Assembly (NCBI RefSeq): GCF_009914755.1
Contig: NC_060933.1
Length of the DNA: 64,000 bases
From: the human T2T-CHM13v2.0 reference genome, Homo sapiens
Strand: one strand, 5' to 3'
Of the stretch, positions 42,305 to 63,504 are shown piece by piece. The position numbers were made by a program, and so were the translations under genes. The notes under the pieces are model-generated. The model ran no database searches and had not been told where the DNA came from. It worked only from the letters and a program-made list of their open reading frames with translations. Position 1 is the stretch's first letter. Every line of letters begins with the position of its first letter.

Positions 42305-44980
42305 GCATCTTTCCCTTCAGAATCAGAACCATTTTCCAAAATCCCAGGTCCAGTTATGCTATATTTTCACGGTTTGAAGTTTTCAATACTCCCCAACATA
42401 CAACACCCACAGCCTGGAATTCTATATCACTCATTGGATAGCTCTGACTTCTAACATCAGAAGAGTTGATGATGTAACTCTCAGTCTGAGGCCAAAGACG
42501 TAAGAAACTTCTCACCATTATTGCCTCTCACTTCTCTAGAAGGCTTGCCATGATGAGCCCACAGTAAATATTTGTAATTACTGTTATCCCATCATCTTAA
42601 TTCAAATAACATTTAGAACAACAAAATTCGAGTACAACAAAATTTGAGTACAACAAATGTGTTTCAAATGCACAAGGCCATTCAACATTCTTTACCTATG
42701 AGCTCATTCTTTCCTCCTCATTGTTTTTGCATCTTTCCATACTCCAATCCTGCTATTCTCTCCTGGTCTTTTCCCTCTGAAGTCCATAGTTCTCCTTCTT
42801 CATGCTTCACAAATGCCATCTTTTCACAATCTTCCCCAGTTGCACTAACTTAGCAATTCCTTTCCACTCTCTAAACTCCCATAATTTTTTCCTCTATTAA
42901 TATTAATTAACATTTACTGAACTCTTCCATGTATCAGTCACTGTGCTGAGTGTAATTTGCATAGATTATCACATTTCATCCTCACAGCAATCCTACTTGT
43001 TAATTTGACAGAAATGAGCTTTAGAACTAGAATGTATCTTGCTGAAGTTTCACAGATATGAAATGGTGAAGTTTGGCTTAAAATCACAGTTCCATGTTCC
43101 TCACCACTCTACAATGCCACCTCTGTGTTAGTCTCTGTGCTCTTGAATTATAGTGATGTCCTGGCTCTTCTTATTGTCTCATATTTTCTACTGGATTTTG
43201 AGCTCCTTTTGGGTGGGTTCTGCATCTAACTAAACTTTGTTTCCTTTGCAGGTTTTAGTGTAGTGAGAAAGACTCTGGATTAGGAGGTGGAAGACATGAG
43301 TTTTAGGCTTGACTTGGCCATGAAGCAATGATGTGGTTTTTGTCAATCAGATTATTTCTGTAGATATCTCTGTGGGCCATTCTGACTCTAAGGTTTAACA
43401 ATGATCATAGCTTAGAGTTTGGGCTGTATTAGGAGAGCAACATGCATTGGTTTCCCTGAAATTAATTAGCAGCAGGTCAAGCAGTGGCTGAGACCTTGAG
43501 ACAAATTAGAAGGCCAGAGCCCTTGGATAAAATGCATATTTGACCAGTTCTTTTGTCCAGAAACACTACTTAATCCTTAAGCCAAACATTATCATGAAAG
43601 ATTCCCTTAAAACAGCGACAGATTATGTGCTAAAGGCAAGTCTGCTTATTTCTTTCTATTGTCACTTTAAATCAGATGGATCTTCTATTTTTAACAAGTC
43701 TTATTTTATTAAAATAAACTCCCAACACATGATGTAAGGCATAAGATTTAGCAGTAGATTTTAAGGCCATTTTTAAGGCAGCTAGAGCAATATCAAGATG
43801 TTTGAAGACTGTAATTAAAATAAGACATTAAAAACAAAATGATTTCACAGCTTTTCAACCATCAAAACATTTGGTGTCCCTTTCTTTGCTAGGCTCCAAA
43901 TAGCCATGTGATCATCAGTCTGTGTTTTACATGCAGTTTTACAGCTAAGTACATAATTATTTGGATTCCACAGATTATATGGTAATCAAGGATTTACTGT
44001 AAACCCAATTTAATTTCTACAGAATTACTGACTTTAAGGTTGCAAAACAATATTGTTTACAAGGCAGTATAATAGCACTCAGAATGAATACTGATTAAAT
44101 AAAGAAAGGAATGCGGAGCTTTCAGGGTTAAGCCTAAATAGCTATAGTGATCGATATGGTAATCAAGCTCCTTTAAGTGAGTATCTGTTGAACACCTACA
44201 CTGCATTCAACAAACAATACAATGAGGTTATCAACAAGAACCAAAGACCATTTCAGTGTAAAATTCAAGGATAATCCTTATAATGAGCAACCACATTCAT
44301 TTCTTTGCGTAGTGTAACTTTATCCTACATTTGGGATTTCAATTTTTAGTTAATTACCACAGTGTTGAATACTTGGATCAGTTAGCGTTTGAAGTATCTC
44401 CTCAAAATCTAAACGTTGCACATTTAATCTATTACACGCTAAACTTGTTCTTGCCATACTTTTTCTTGCAATCCATTAAAAATGATTTCGATGCACATGT
44501 GGAAATATAATTAACAAATAGATACTTCCAAATTCAAAAAAACTTCGAAATATATTGGATTGTAGGAAAAATATATCTAAAATTTAGTGGTGCTTCTTGG
44601 TCACGATCTCTGATGATTAAATGTTAATTGCAGCACAAAGATGAAAATTAGCCTAATATATGTGTCATGCTGTGCAAGTCTTGGTTAAGTGTAGGGTAGG
44701 GAATACATAGGGAGGACACATGCAAATCCTCCCTGCCAAATAAAATAATAGCAGACTTTAAGAATACCAGATTCTAACCTAAGGAAAATAGAAAGGTGGC
44801 AGTCTAAAAAAGAAGGGAGAGGGAGCATATTCCATATTTTTTGAGTCTACTTTATGATAGAAATTATATTTGAAAGCATTAACAACTAGAAAATTTAAGA
44901 CTTTTTAAATTTAATAAGGATTGTGCATGCTAGAAAGAGGTTACAAAGTAGTCACAAATGGAAAAGAGAGGAATTAATTA

Positions 44981-47567
<2,587 letters not shown>

Positions 47568-48344
47568 TACATCTCATTTGGAAACAAGTACACTCTAAAA
47601 TCCTTTTAGTTTCCAGACTAAAATATTCCTGGAAATCAATGTCAACCATCTAATTACATTCCAGATAGTTAATTCTAAGACAAAAGTTACTTGGGTACAC
47701 GCATTCTATTTATTTTATTTTTTTCACTAATTTATTCAACCAATATTTAATGAGCTACTACTACTTGCCAAGTTTCGTGTTAGATGCTAGGGATATAAGA
47801 TTCAAAAGACGGATGTGATGCCCTACTCCACATTCTTGTAGTATTCAGCCTCATAGAGAAGACAAATACCTAACAAATTATGTCCAAAAGCATGATAAAT
47901 ATTGTTTTAAGTCATAATTCTTTCGGGTATAAGAGACAAACCCCCCACCCCTAAAACCCTCTATTTGGCTAAATTAAAAATGGAATGATTAGTTTACAGT
48001 TCAAAATGGTCCAATGCACTCGTCATGACTATAAACAGGTTCACAGGAACTCTTCTGATTCATCTTATTGTTTTTCTCTTTCTTCTGTAATGGTTCCATA
48101 CTCAGGCATACTTTCTCCTTATGGTGACAAAATGGCAGCCAGCAGCTCCAACAATGGCTTTTAAGTTTTTAGTATCTTTATGGAAAGAAAATATCTCTTC
48201 TTCAGCAAAATTGCACAGAAGTTCTGAGCCTGATTTGTATTGTTTAGCTTACCTCAGGCCGCGGCCCCATGCCCACCCTGCAGCTAGGGTATGACCATCT
48301 CCTGTGAAATCACAGTAAGGGGGAAGAGAAGGACTAATTGTGTT

Positions 48345-48445
48345 TTTAAGAGATAGGCTCACTGCAGTGTCAAACTTCAGCAATTGATCCTCTAGCCTCA
48401 GCCTGCCAAGTAGCTGGGACCGCAGGTACATGCCACTTGGCTCAG
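48345..48445 (-). mobile_element. Alu monomer or AluJ right-arm fragment
   Basis: gctcactgcag..gatcctctagcctcagcctgccaagtagctgggac. Confidence 0.65.
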
Positions 48446-49994
48446 ATCACACAAGTAATGGAAAATACAGGGCCCTTCCCCCATACACACAAGGAAGCAT
48501 CTTTTCAGTGATGGTTATATTAAAGTCATCTTAAAAGATATTTTTGAGCATCTTGTACAGTCAGAGTATTATTTTGAGATACCAAAGAAATATGAGCCAA
48601 GGAGATTGGGGTCTATTTTAAACACAAAATATGGTCAACTGAAACAATCTAAGAAGTTCTAATATATGTAAATTGATACATTATAATTTAAATGCTTAAG
48701 TGCTAAGTAAAGCACAAAGACTCTCTACACTCTACTATAATAAAAAATTACAACTACCATTTGTCCGATATTTCCTGCTTTAAAAGCGTTTTCATGTATT
48801 TTATCTCAGTTGATTTTAAAATCATCTGTGTCAGGCTGCAGGGGCATATACTTTCATTTCCTGCATTTTCCACAGGAGACAACTGAGGCAGGAAGGGGTA
48901 CAGAAGTCCAACAGGGAGGCAACAGATGAGAGGGGCATGGCTATCCTAGCTGCTACTGTTCCCCTGCTCTGGAAAGGGTCTTCTCTGAGATGCTTTCTAC
49001 AGTGGACGTTTTGGGGTAGTCAAAGTACAGCCTGTGTAGCCTGCCATGAGCAAGGCTTTTTCTTTCGAAATGTTCGTGTTTTAGCTTTAAAGTGTCTGTG
49101 AAGCTGCCTTTCATTCCATAATATGTCTATACTTCTTTTAATTAAAAAACGGTTTGCATTGTTTTTGCAACCTCTGTGCTAGCTTATTCTATGTGTCTCC
49201 ATTGCATTTTTGACATTGGACTTGTCACCCAAATTCAGAAAGCACAGAACAAGGGCACAGGGACATGGAGAAGTGTGTTGTGTCTCCTGAGAGGACGGGA
49301 GCTGTCATCTTCAGTCTTGAGGAATGTGTTTGATAGAAGCATAATGTGGAGTCACAAAGTAGCACCCTTTCTTTGTGTACAATAGTGACAAGAGAATAAT
49401 TCAAATAAACGCAGGTCCAGTGGGAAAAATCTGTACATGGCAAGTTTCTGCTATTATACATCCAAAAATTTGTGCACTTTGGTTTCCTGTAATCACGTTT
49501 ACTCCCTTTCACAAAGAGATAAATCAAATAGTAGGTTCCACAGGTTTCAAGTTTGTAAAAACAAACACAATTTCCAGGATATTTTATTGCTTTGCATCTT
49601 CCAGCACTTTGTATTCACTAAGTGCCTTATAGTTTATTCCTTAATCATCATAGAATCCTTGAAATAGTTTTGCCTTGAAATATTGCCATCTCTGTTTTAT
49701 GAATGGGGAAACTAAAAGTGATATTCAAAGTTACACACAAAGACCAAAGTTAAAACCCGTAAGTCTTAATTACAAGTAGTCAGCCTTCCATATCCATGGT
49801 TTCCACATCCATGGATTCAACCACCTGAGGATCCAAAATATTCAGAAAAAAAAATTCCACAGAATCTCACAATGTAAAATTTGAATTTTTGTGGTGCTGA
49901 GTACTACACTGAGTCCACACAGATGAAATGATGCGTAGGCATTGTATTCGGTACTATCAGTAATCTACAGATGATTTAAAATGTACGAGTTATT

Positions 49995-50897
49995 GGAGGA
50001 GCCAAGATGGCCGAATAGGAACAGCTCCAGTCTACAGCTCCCAGCGTGAGCGACGCAGAAGACCGGTGATTTCTCCATTTCCATCTGAGGTACCGGGTTC
50101 ATCTCACTAGGGAGTGCCAGACAGTGGGCGCAGGCCAGTGTGTGCGCGCACCGTGCGCGAGCCGAAGCAGGGCGAGGCATTGCCTCACCTGGGAAGCGCA
50201 AGGGGTCAGGTAGTTCCCTTTCCGAGTCAAAGAAAGGGGTGACGGACGCACCTGGAAAATCGGGTCACTCCCACCCGAATATTGCGCTTTTCAGACCGGC
50301 TTAAAAAACGGCGCACCACGAGACTATATCCCACACCTGGCTGAGAGGGTCCTACGCCCACGGAATCTCGCTGATTGCTAGCACAGCAGTCTGAGATCAA
50401 ACTGCAAGGCGGCAACGAGGCTGGGGGAGGGGCGCCCGCCATTGCCCAGGCTTGCTTAGGTAAACAAAGCAGCCGGGAAGCTCGAACTGGGTGGAGCCCA
50501 CCACAGCTCAAGGAGGCCTGCCTGCCTCTGTAGGCTCCACCTCTGGGGGCAGGGCACAGACAAACAAAAAGACAGCAGTAACCTCTGCAGACTTAAGTGT
50601 CCCTGTCTGACAGCTTTGAAGAGAGCAGTGGTTCTCCCAGCACGCAGCTGGAGATCTGAGAACGGGCAGACTGCCTCCTCAAGTGGGTCCCTGACCCCTG
50701 ACCCCCGAGCAGCCTAACTGGGAGGCACACCCCAGCAGGGGCACACTGACACCTCACACGGCAGGGTATTCCAACAGACCTGCAGCTGAGGGTCCTGTCT
50801 GTTAGAAGGAAAACTAACAACCAGAAAGGACATCTACACCGAAAACCCATCTGTACATCACCATCATCAAAGACCAAAAGTAGATAAAACCACAAAG
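49995..50897 (+). promoter_or_regulatory. L1 5'UTR internal sense and antisense promoters (CpG-rich, YY1 site intact)
   Basis: caagatggccg at 50003-50013; dense retained CpGs at 50000-50500; aacaaa SOX-type sites near 50464 and 50563. Confidence 0.85.
50227..50442 (-). CDS. ORF0: L1 ORF0p (71 aa, antisense)
   Basis: ATG at 50442 gives MAGAPPPASLPPCSLISDCCASNQRDSVGVGPSQPGVGYSLVVRRFLSRSEKRNIRVGVTRFSRCVRHPFL, the known primate L1 ORF0. Confidence 0.8.
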   Translation of the reverse strand: MAGAPPPASLPPCSLISDCCASNQRDSVGVGPSQPGVGYSLVVRRFLSRSEKRNIRVGVTRFSRCVRHPFL

Positions 50898-51914
50898 ATG
50901 GGGAAAAAACAGAACAGAAAAACTGGAAACTCTAAAACGCAGAGTGCCTCTCCTCCTCCAAAGGAACGCAGTTCCTCACCAGCAACGGAACAAAGCTGGA
51001 TGGAGAATGATTTTGACGAGCTGAGAGAAGAAGGCTTCAGACGATCAAATTACTCTGAGCTACGGGAGGACATTCAAACCAAAGGCAAAGAAGTTGAAAA
51101 CTTTGAAAAAAATTTAGAAGAATGTATAACTAGAATAACCAATACAGAGAAGTGCTTAAAGGAGCTGATGGAGCTGAAAACCAAGGCTCGAGAACTACGT
51201 GAAGAATGCAGAAGCCTCAGGAGCCGATGCGATCAACTGGAAGAAAGGGTATCAGCGATGGAAGATGAAATGAATGAAATGAAGCGAGAAGGGAAGTTTA
51301 GAGAAAAAAGAATAAAAAGAAATGAGCAAAGCCTCCAAGAAATATGGGACTATGTGAAAAGACCAAATCTACGTCTGATTGGTGTACCTGAAAGTGATGT
51401 GGAGAATGGAACCAAGTTGGAAAACACTCTGCAGGATATTATCCAGGAGAACTTCCCCAATCTAGCAAGGCAGGCCAACGTTCAGATTCAGGAAATACAG
51501 AGAACGCCACAAAGATTCTCCTCGAGAAGAGCAACTCCAAGACACATAATTGTCAGATTCACCAAAGTTGAAATGAAGGAAAAAATATTAAGGGCAGCCA
51601 GAGAGAAAGGTCGGGTTACCCTCAAAGGAAAGCCCATCAGACTAACAGCGGATCTCTCGGCAGAAACCCTACAAGCCAGAAGAGAGTGGGGGCCAATATT
51701 CAACATTCTTAAAGAAAAGAATTTTCAACCCAGAATTTCATATCCAGCCAAACTAAGCTTCATAAGTGAAGGAGAAATAAAATACTTTATAGACAAACAA
51801 ATGCTGAGAGATTTTGTCACCACCAGGCCTGCCCTAAAAGAGCTCCTGAAGGAAGTGCTAAACATGGAAAGGAACAACCGGTACCAGCCGCTGCAAAATC
51901 ATGCCAAAATGTAA
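50898..51914 (+). CDS. ORF1: L1 ORF1p, RNA-binding nucleic acid chaperone (338 aa)
   Basis: Full length; coiled coil, REKG, ARR and YPAKLS motifs intact. Confidence 0.97.
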   Translation: MGKKQNRKTGNSKTQSASPPPKERSSSPATEQSWMENDFDELREEGFRRSNYSELREDIQTKGKEVENFEKNLEECITRITNTEKCLKELMELKTKARELREECRSLRSRCDQLEERVSAMEDEMNEMKREGKFREKRIKRNEQSLQEIWDYVKRPNLRLIGVPESDVENGTKLENTLQDIIQENFPNLARQANVQIQEIQRTPQRFSSRRATPRHIIVRFTKVEMKEKILRAAREKGRVTLKGKPIRLTADLSAETLQARREWGPIFNILKEKNFQPRISYPAKLSFISEGEIKYFIDKQMLRDFVTTRPALKELLKEVLNMERNNRYQPLQNHAKM

Positions 51915-51950
51915 AGACCATCGAGACTAGGAAGAAACTGCATCAACTAA

Positions 51951-55805
<3,855 letters not shown>

Positions 55806-57172
55806 ACAATGAGATCACATGGACACAGGAAGGGGAATATCACACTCTGGGGACTGTGGTGGGGTCGGGGGAGGGGGGAGGGATAGCATTGGGAGATATA
55901 CCTAATGCTAGATGACACGTTAGTGGGTGCAGCGCACCAGCATGGCACATGTATACATATGTAACTAACCTGCACAATGTGCACATGTACCCTAAAACTT
56001 AAAGTATAATAATAATAATAATTAAAAAAGAAAAAAAAAAAAGAATGAAGTCAAGAAAAAAAAAATAAAAAAATAATAAAATGTACAAGAGGATGTACAT
56101 GGATTATATTTAAGAAGACTCCATTATACATGAGACACGAGCATCTACAGGCTTTGGTATCCACGAGAGTCCTGGAAGCAATACCACATGAATACTGAGG
56201 GAGACTGTATATTCCATTGAATTTGGCCTTTTTTTAATTTTATTTTTCTGTACTTAACTTTGGGTTTTCTGTAATCTCTTCAAGTCAAGTCAAAAGGAAA
56301 AATCTCCACTTGACTTTGCCCAACCTTTATTCTGACTTTGTCATGGCTGACCATGATTTGATAACGTTTCCAGCCTTTCCAAACCTGAGATTTTGATTTC
56401 TTGTACAAGACTTCCACTTCTCTTTGACAACAGTGTTTTACAAACTTTTCACAGAAGGATAGCCCACAGAAAGGAAAATTGCATCTCTATCTCTGTGTTT
56501 CCTGATAGCTTTTACCAAAATGATTCCCTTGCAAAGAAAGCAGTTACTTAAAATCCTCATACTGTCTTTTAAAGTCATGCTATTTTGTCAGACATATTTG
56601 TAAATGTAGTCATGCACTCCCTGGCATATACTACTTAATTGCGGGGAGGCCAGTTTAAGAAGCAAGATAACTACCTGGGAAATGTCCGTATCTGTAGGAC
56701 AAATTGGTGAGATCCACTAAAATTCCCATCTTTAACTCTTTAAATCTAATTAGATTTAGAATGCTTATGAGTGGGACCAGTCTGCTCTGGGTCCCAAGGA
56801 TGGGGTTTTAGAGTTCTGATTGTTTCCTCTTGTCTATATTGTCAATTCATTATTGTGACTTGTTCTTCCTTATTATTGTCCTGAATAAATGAAGTATCTC
56901 AAGTCCAGACAACTTACATTTCACTGACCAAACCTTGCCATTTCATGAACACCAATTTCTTGCCTACCCTACCCCATCCTTAGTGTCATCTGCATTCACT
57001 TCTAGCAGTCTAGTTTTAAGGCCATCATCATTAGATAAATTTTTATTGGGCACGTAAAAAACCCTTCGGGGTTTTTTTTTTTTTTTTTTTTTTACAGTTT
57101 TATGTTCTGTATGGACAAAAGAACATAATTTTGGAATCAGGCAGGCATAGGATTAGATTCTGGTTTTGTTAC

Positions 57173-57440
57173 TGTCTTAGCTTGGGCTACTCTAATGAAT
57201 TAGAATGGGTGGTTTAGACAACAAACATTTATTTCTCACAGTTCCGGAGGCAGGAAGTGCAAGGTGGGGATGCCAGTATGATTGGGTTCTGCTGAGGGCC
57301 TTCTTCCTGGCTTGTTTATGGCCATTTTCTTGTATCCTCACATGTTGGAAAGAGAGAGAGGAAACAAGCCCTCTACGCCTTTTCTTATGTCAGAACTAAT
57401 CCCATTATGAACCAATTACTTGCTAAAGGGCTGTCTCTAC
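57173..57440 (-). mobile_element. MLT1-type LTR fragment within a MIR
   Basis: tgtcttagcttgggct..acaacaaacatttatttctcacagttccggaggc..aactaatcccatt. Confidence 0.65.
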
Positions 57441-57900
57441 ACCCTGGGAAGTTTAGTTATTTTCTAAACTTCATTTTGCTTAATAATACCAAGATGCTGG
57501 CATTATTCTAAAAATTAAATAATGTAAGTGAAAGGCCTAACATAATGCTTGCCTCATCATGGCAAGTTTTTAAAAGCTTGCATTTGGGAGTTGAACTAAA
57601 ATATGATATCAAATTCTTTCCCTTTTACTTAGTAGTCTCAGAACCAAGGGCATATCATTTAACTTGAACAAGCCTCAACTGTCTAACTTATAAAAAGGGG
57701 AAGTAAAGCCAATGTTTTAGGTGGTCTTTGCCTATAACAAATGCAACAAATGTTAAATGTTGCTATTAAGAATCTTTGTACCATTCATTCAACTGTTTTT
57801 AGTCAATATGAACTTCTCCTATTTTCTTATTTTACTCTATCTTGTGGTAGATCATAAATCCCTCAAGGACACAAGCTTCCACTTACAAACTGCTGTATAA

Positions 57901-58070
57901 CAGTGGTTCTGAGCCTTAACTGTGCCTTAGAATCAGCTGGGCAGCCTTGCAAACCCCCTTTCTTTCACTCCAGACCAATTAATTAAGAGTAAATGAGAGG
58001 TGGGTTTGAAGCATAATACTTTTAAAATATCCCTGGATGATTCTAGTATGCAACTAGATTTGCAAATCTC
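57901..58070. mobile_element. MER5-family MITE
   Basis: cagtggttct..ttagaatcagctggg..ccctggatgattcta. Confidence 0.6.
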
Positions 58071-58127
58071 AGATTTATAGAGATATCTGCCATTCCTACC
58101 AGACAATCTCTTATAAAGCCATAGCTC

Positions 58128-60236
<2,109 letters not shown>

Positions 60237-60724
60237 CATAGCTCTTTTTTAATTCAAGAAGCAAATCTTCACCAGTTTGGGGCTTAATTAAAAGTAAATC
60301 CATAAATTGAGACATACCTAATAAGTAACTCATATAAAAGATTGCAACTGGTGCCCCACCTATACAATCATGTCAGACACCCCTGGGATCCTATAGAGAA
60401 TCAGGAGAAATGGAAGCTACTCTGAGGACTTGCTCAAGCTGAATCTTTTTTCACATGGATTCCTCTAGATGTCTAGATTTCCTTATTTACAATGCTTTCC
60501 CACGAGATAAGATTTCACCATTAAGAAGTTCATTTAAATTAACAACAAAAAAGCTATCAATAAAAATATATTTGAAAGAATTAAGATGGATTGGTGAGAG
60601 GAACAAAAAGTAATCTTGTGTGGGGGTGAGTTCACCCACAACCTGGGGCACTTGACTTCTGCTGTTGAGGAAGCTGGACCACCACCCCAATGGGTCCTGG
60701 GGGTGGGACTGCTGCCCCAGTGAG

Positions 60725-61434
60725 TTCAGAAGGCAGAACATAAAGCCAAAGAGGATTATTTTCAACCTGTAAGTGCTCATGCAGCTTGTCTTTCTAGGTT
60801 TTGAATTTGCTTAGGACTTGTTGCCTCTTCTTTTCTGTTTTTCCCTTTTGAAATGGGAATGTCTATTATATATCTGTCCCACTGTTGTATTTTGGAAGAA
60901 TAGAACTTTGGTTTCACAAGTTCACAGCCAGAGAAGAATTTTGCCTCAGGACAAAACATACCTAAGTCTCATCCATATTTCACTTACAGGAGATTTTGAA
61001 CTTTAAACTTTCAAATTGATGCTGGAACTAGTTCAGGCTTTTGGGGTTCCTGGGATGAAGTGAAAGTATTTTGCATGCAAGGATGTAAGTTTGCTGGGGG
61101 AGAGGCAGAGGTGAAATGCTATGGACTGAATGTTTGTGTCTCTCCAGGATTTATATGTTAAAATCCTAATATCCAATGTGATTGTATGAGGAAGCGAGGC
61201 CTTTGGAGATAATTAGATGATGAGGATGGAAGCTTCATGAGTGAGAATAGTGCTCTTATGAGGTACAGGAGCTTGCTCATGCTGTTTATTCTCTGCCATG
61301 TGAAGAAACAACAAGAAGACAGCCATCTGAAAACCAGCAATAGTGCCTTCACCAGATACCAGATCTGCCAGCAGCTTGATCTTGATTTCCCAGCCTGCAG
61401 AACTGTGAGACAAGGATTTTTGTTTCTTAAGCCA
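60725..61434 (+). mobile_element. MLT1A0-like internal 3' region plus 3' LTR (LTR from 61117)
   Basis: MaLR-int motifs (gaaatgggaatgtcta..ttgtattttggaag), purine tract, then tgctatggactgaatgtttgtgtc..cagaactgtgaga. Confidence 0.75.
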
Positions 61435-61599
61435 AAGAAAAAAAAGGAAGGAATCTTGGAATACTAAACACTTTGCTGAGGAATGCTCATGGCGGGACTT
61501 GGGAAGCCTGCAAATAAAACTTCAGTCTCTACCATTACCCATGTTTCCTTCCTGCTCTGGTCATGATTTAAATTTATAATACAAATATATCTTGTATTT

Positions 61600-61720
61600 A
61601 CTTGTACCTTTTTTCTCTCATCACTGGATGCTCAATGTTTTGCACAGTGCCTGACACAAATTAGGCACTAAATATACACTTATTGAATGAACGAGTGAGT
61701 GAGTGAATGCACAAATGAAT
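61600..61720 (+). mobile_element. L2 3' end
   Basis: cacagtgcctgacaca..aggcactaaata..ttgaatgaacgagtgagtgagtgaatg. Confidence 0.65.
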
Positions 61721-63504
61721 GATGCCAATGAGCCTGAAAGGGTCAATGAATCGGAAGACTCATTTATCTTCTGTTAAGATCCCTCTTACTTCTGAACATA
61801 CTGAGAAAGGAAACATCGTCAATTGCTTCTCTAGTACTAGTGAGGAGATGTTTCCGTTGAGCGTCAGACCTTTGAGGCTGGGAAGCAGTTTTCCTCAAGT
61901 TCAGGAATATCCTAATCACCAGCCACATATACGGCATTGTTATTAGTCATAATGAGAGAACAAAACCGAATAAGTCAGGACGCCTGTTTAAACTCTTTAA
62001 AGCATATTTTAAGATTCAAGAAAGAAACTCAAATAACTCAAACCTAAGGCATAATATGAAATACGCTGTGAAAATGTTGCATATGATGTGCTTTGGGAAC
62101 ATAGAGCAGGATATTGAGAAATGCCTTTTAGAGGTTGCTTTAGTTTTGGTGATTGCTTATTAATTTTTATTTCTAAGGTAATATCTTCTCATGAACAAGA
62201 CTGATACTTATGGTATCTGGTGAAAAGCCTCCCTCTCATCTCTTTTTCCCATCATCTCCAGCCCCACCAACCCAAACAAGAAAGTCCCTTATGTTCTTTC
62301 AGAGTTCCTTTCTACAAATCTAAGCCAAAAAAGAAAATGCTGATATAAGTATTCTTCCTTTTCTCCATTTTTTACTTTTTACTAAAAATGTAGTACATTA
62401 TACATACTTTTCTGCACATGCTATTTGCACTTAACAGTATATGTTGGAGATCTTTGCATGTCAGTACACATAGAACTTTAGAGTTTGCTTTCCAGCTGGC
62501 TCTTGAAAAGGAGGAATCTTATTTAAAAAAAAAATAGGGGAAGGTAATTTCAGAGGAATGACCTGGAAAGTTTGGAAAAGCAAGGTTATCCTGTTTATCT
62601 GGCATACAGAGGAGGAGAAAGGGAGTCACTTGAGATAAAGCAGGTGGAGACACCTTAAGGGTGATGCAAATACCTTTGGAGGACATTGTTGGGTGAAAAA
62701 GGATGTGATGGAGCATCAAAGTACTCTAGGAAAATCAGTATACAGTGGGGGACAGAAGATAGAGATAAGAAACAGGGAGATCATCTAGGAAGCTAACTAA
62801 TCTAAATCTAAACCAGGCATGGTGGTGGAAAAAAAAAATGGCAGGAAAAGGATGTAAATCTTAGAGACATAGGGGAGATGTATTCCACAGCAGAAGTTGT
62901 CTACCCTTTTTGTCCGGCTGTCACACATGATAAAGATCATTTGTACTATTCAATTCTGTGGGCCTATTTAGTGATATGTACATTTCCCAGCTTGCTGGGC
63001 TCACTTCTATCCATTCCTCTAGAAGAAAAAAAATCAGACTTTATATGAGTGAGAATGATGACTTATAGAGTTGATTTTGACTCCCCTCTATTTGATATAC
63101 TTGTCAAAAAGTAAATCATTTATAACTTTGGCATTTTATTATTAGCAATAGTAAATTATTTTGCAGCTGATTGACAGGGTAGTCTAACATGCCAACTTGG
63201 AACCACTGATTCCCAGAACTTGGTAACTAATCCTGAATAGGGTTTTAAAGAGGCCAGTGCAGGAGGAAGGAGCTGATACAAATCGGAGTGACTGGATGCT
63301 TGGGATGTAATTAATAAAGACTGAAAATGAAGCAGGAACATAGTTTTGTAACAGTGAAGGCAGAGAACAGCAGGTATAATCAGCTATGTGCCTTACATTA
63401 TATTTAGAAATCTAAACCTTAAAAAATGTTCAGAGTAAATATATGAATAAGCACATGGCCTGAGCCTCTTCATTTATTCTGTCTATTCCAGTAGACACCA
63501 GTGA

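Noticed and set aside
50227-50511. 94-aa version of the antisense ORF
   Set aside because: The upstream start is non-ATG; the recognised ORF0 starts at the ATG at 50442.
55911-56010. Calling the young L1 a Ta or canonical pre-Ta element
   Set aside because: It has ACG rather than ACA at 55917-55919, and A rather than G at 56002.
57056-57093. Annotating a rho-independent terminator
   Set aside because: The context is primate nuclear DNA with no bacterial-like sequence around it.
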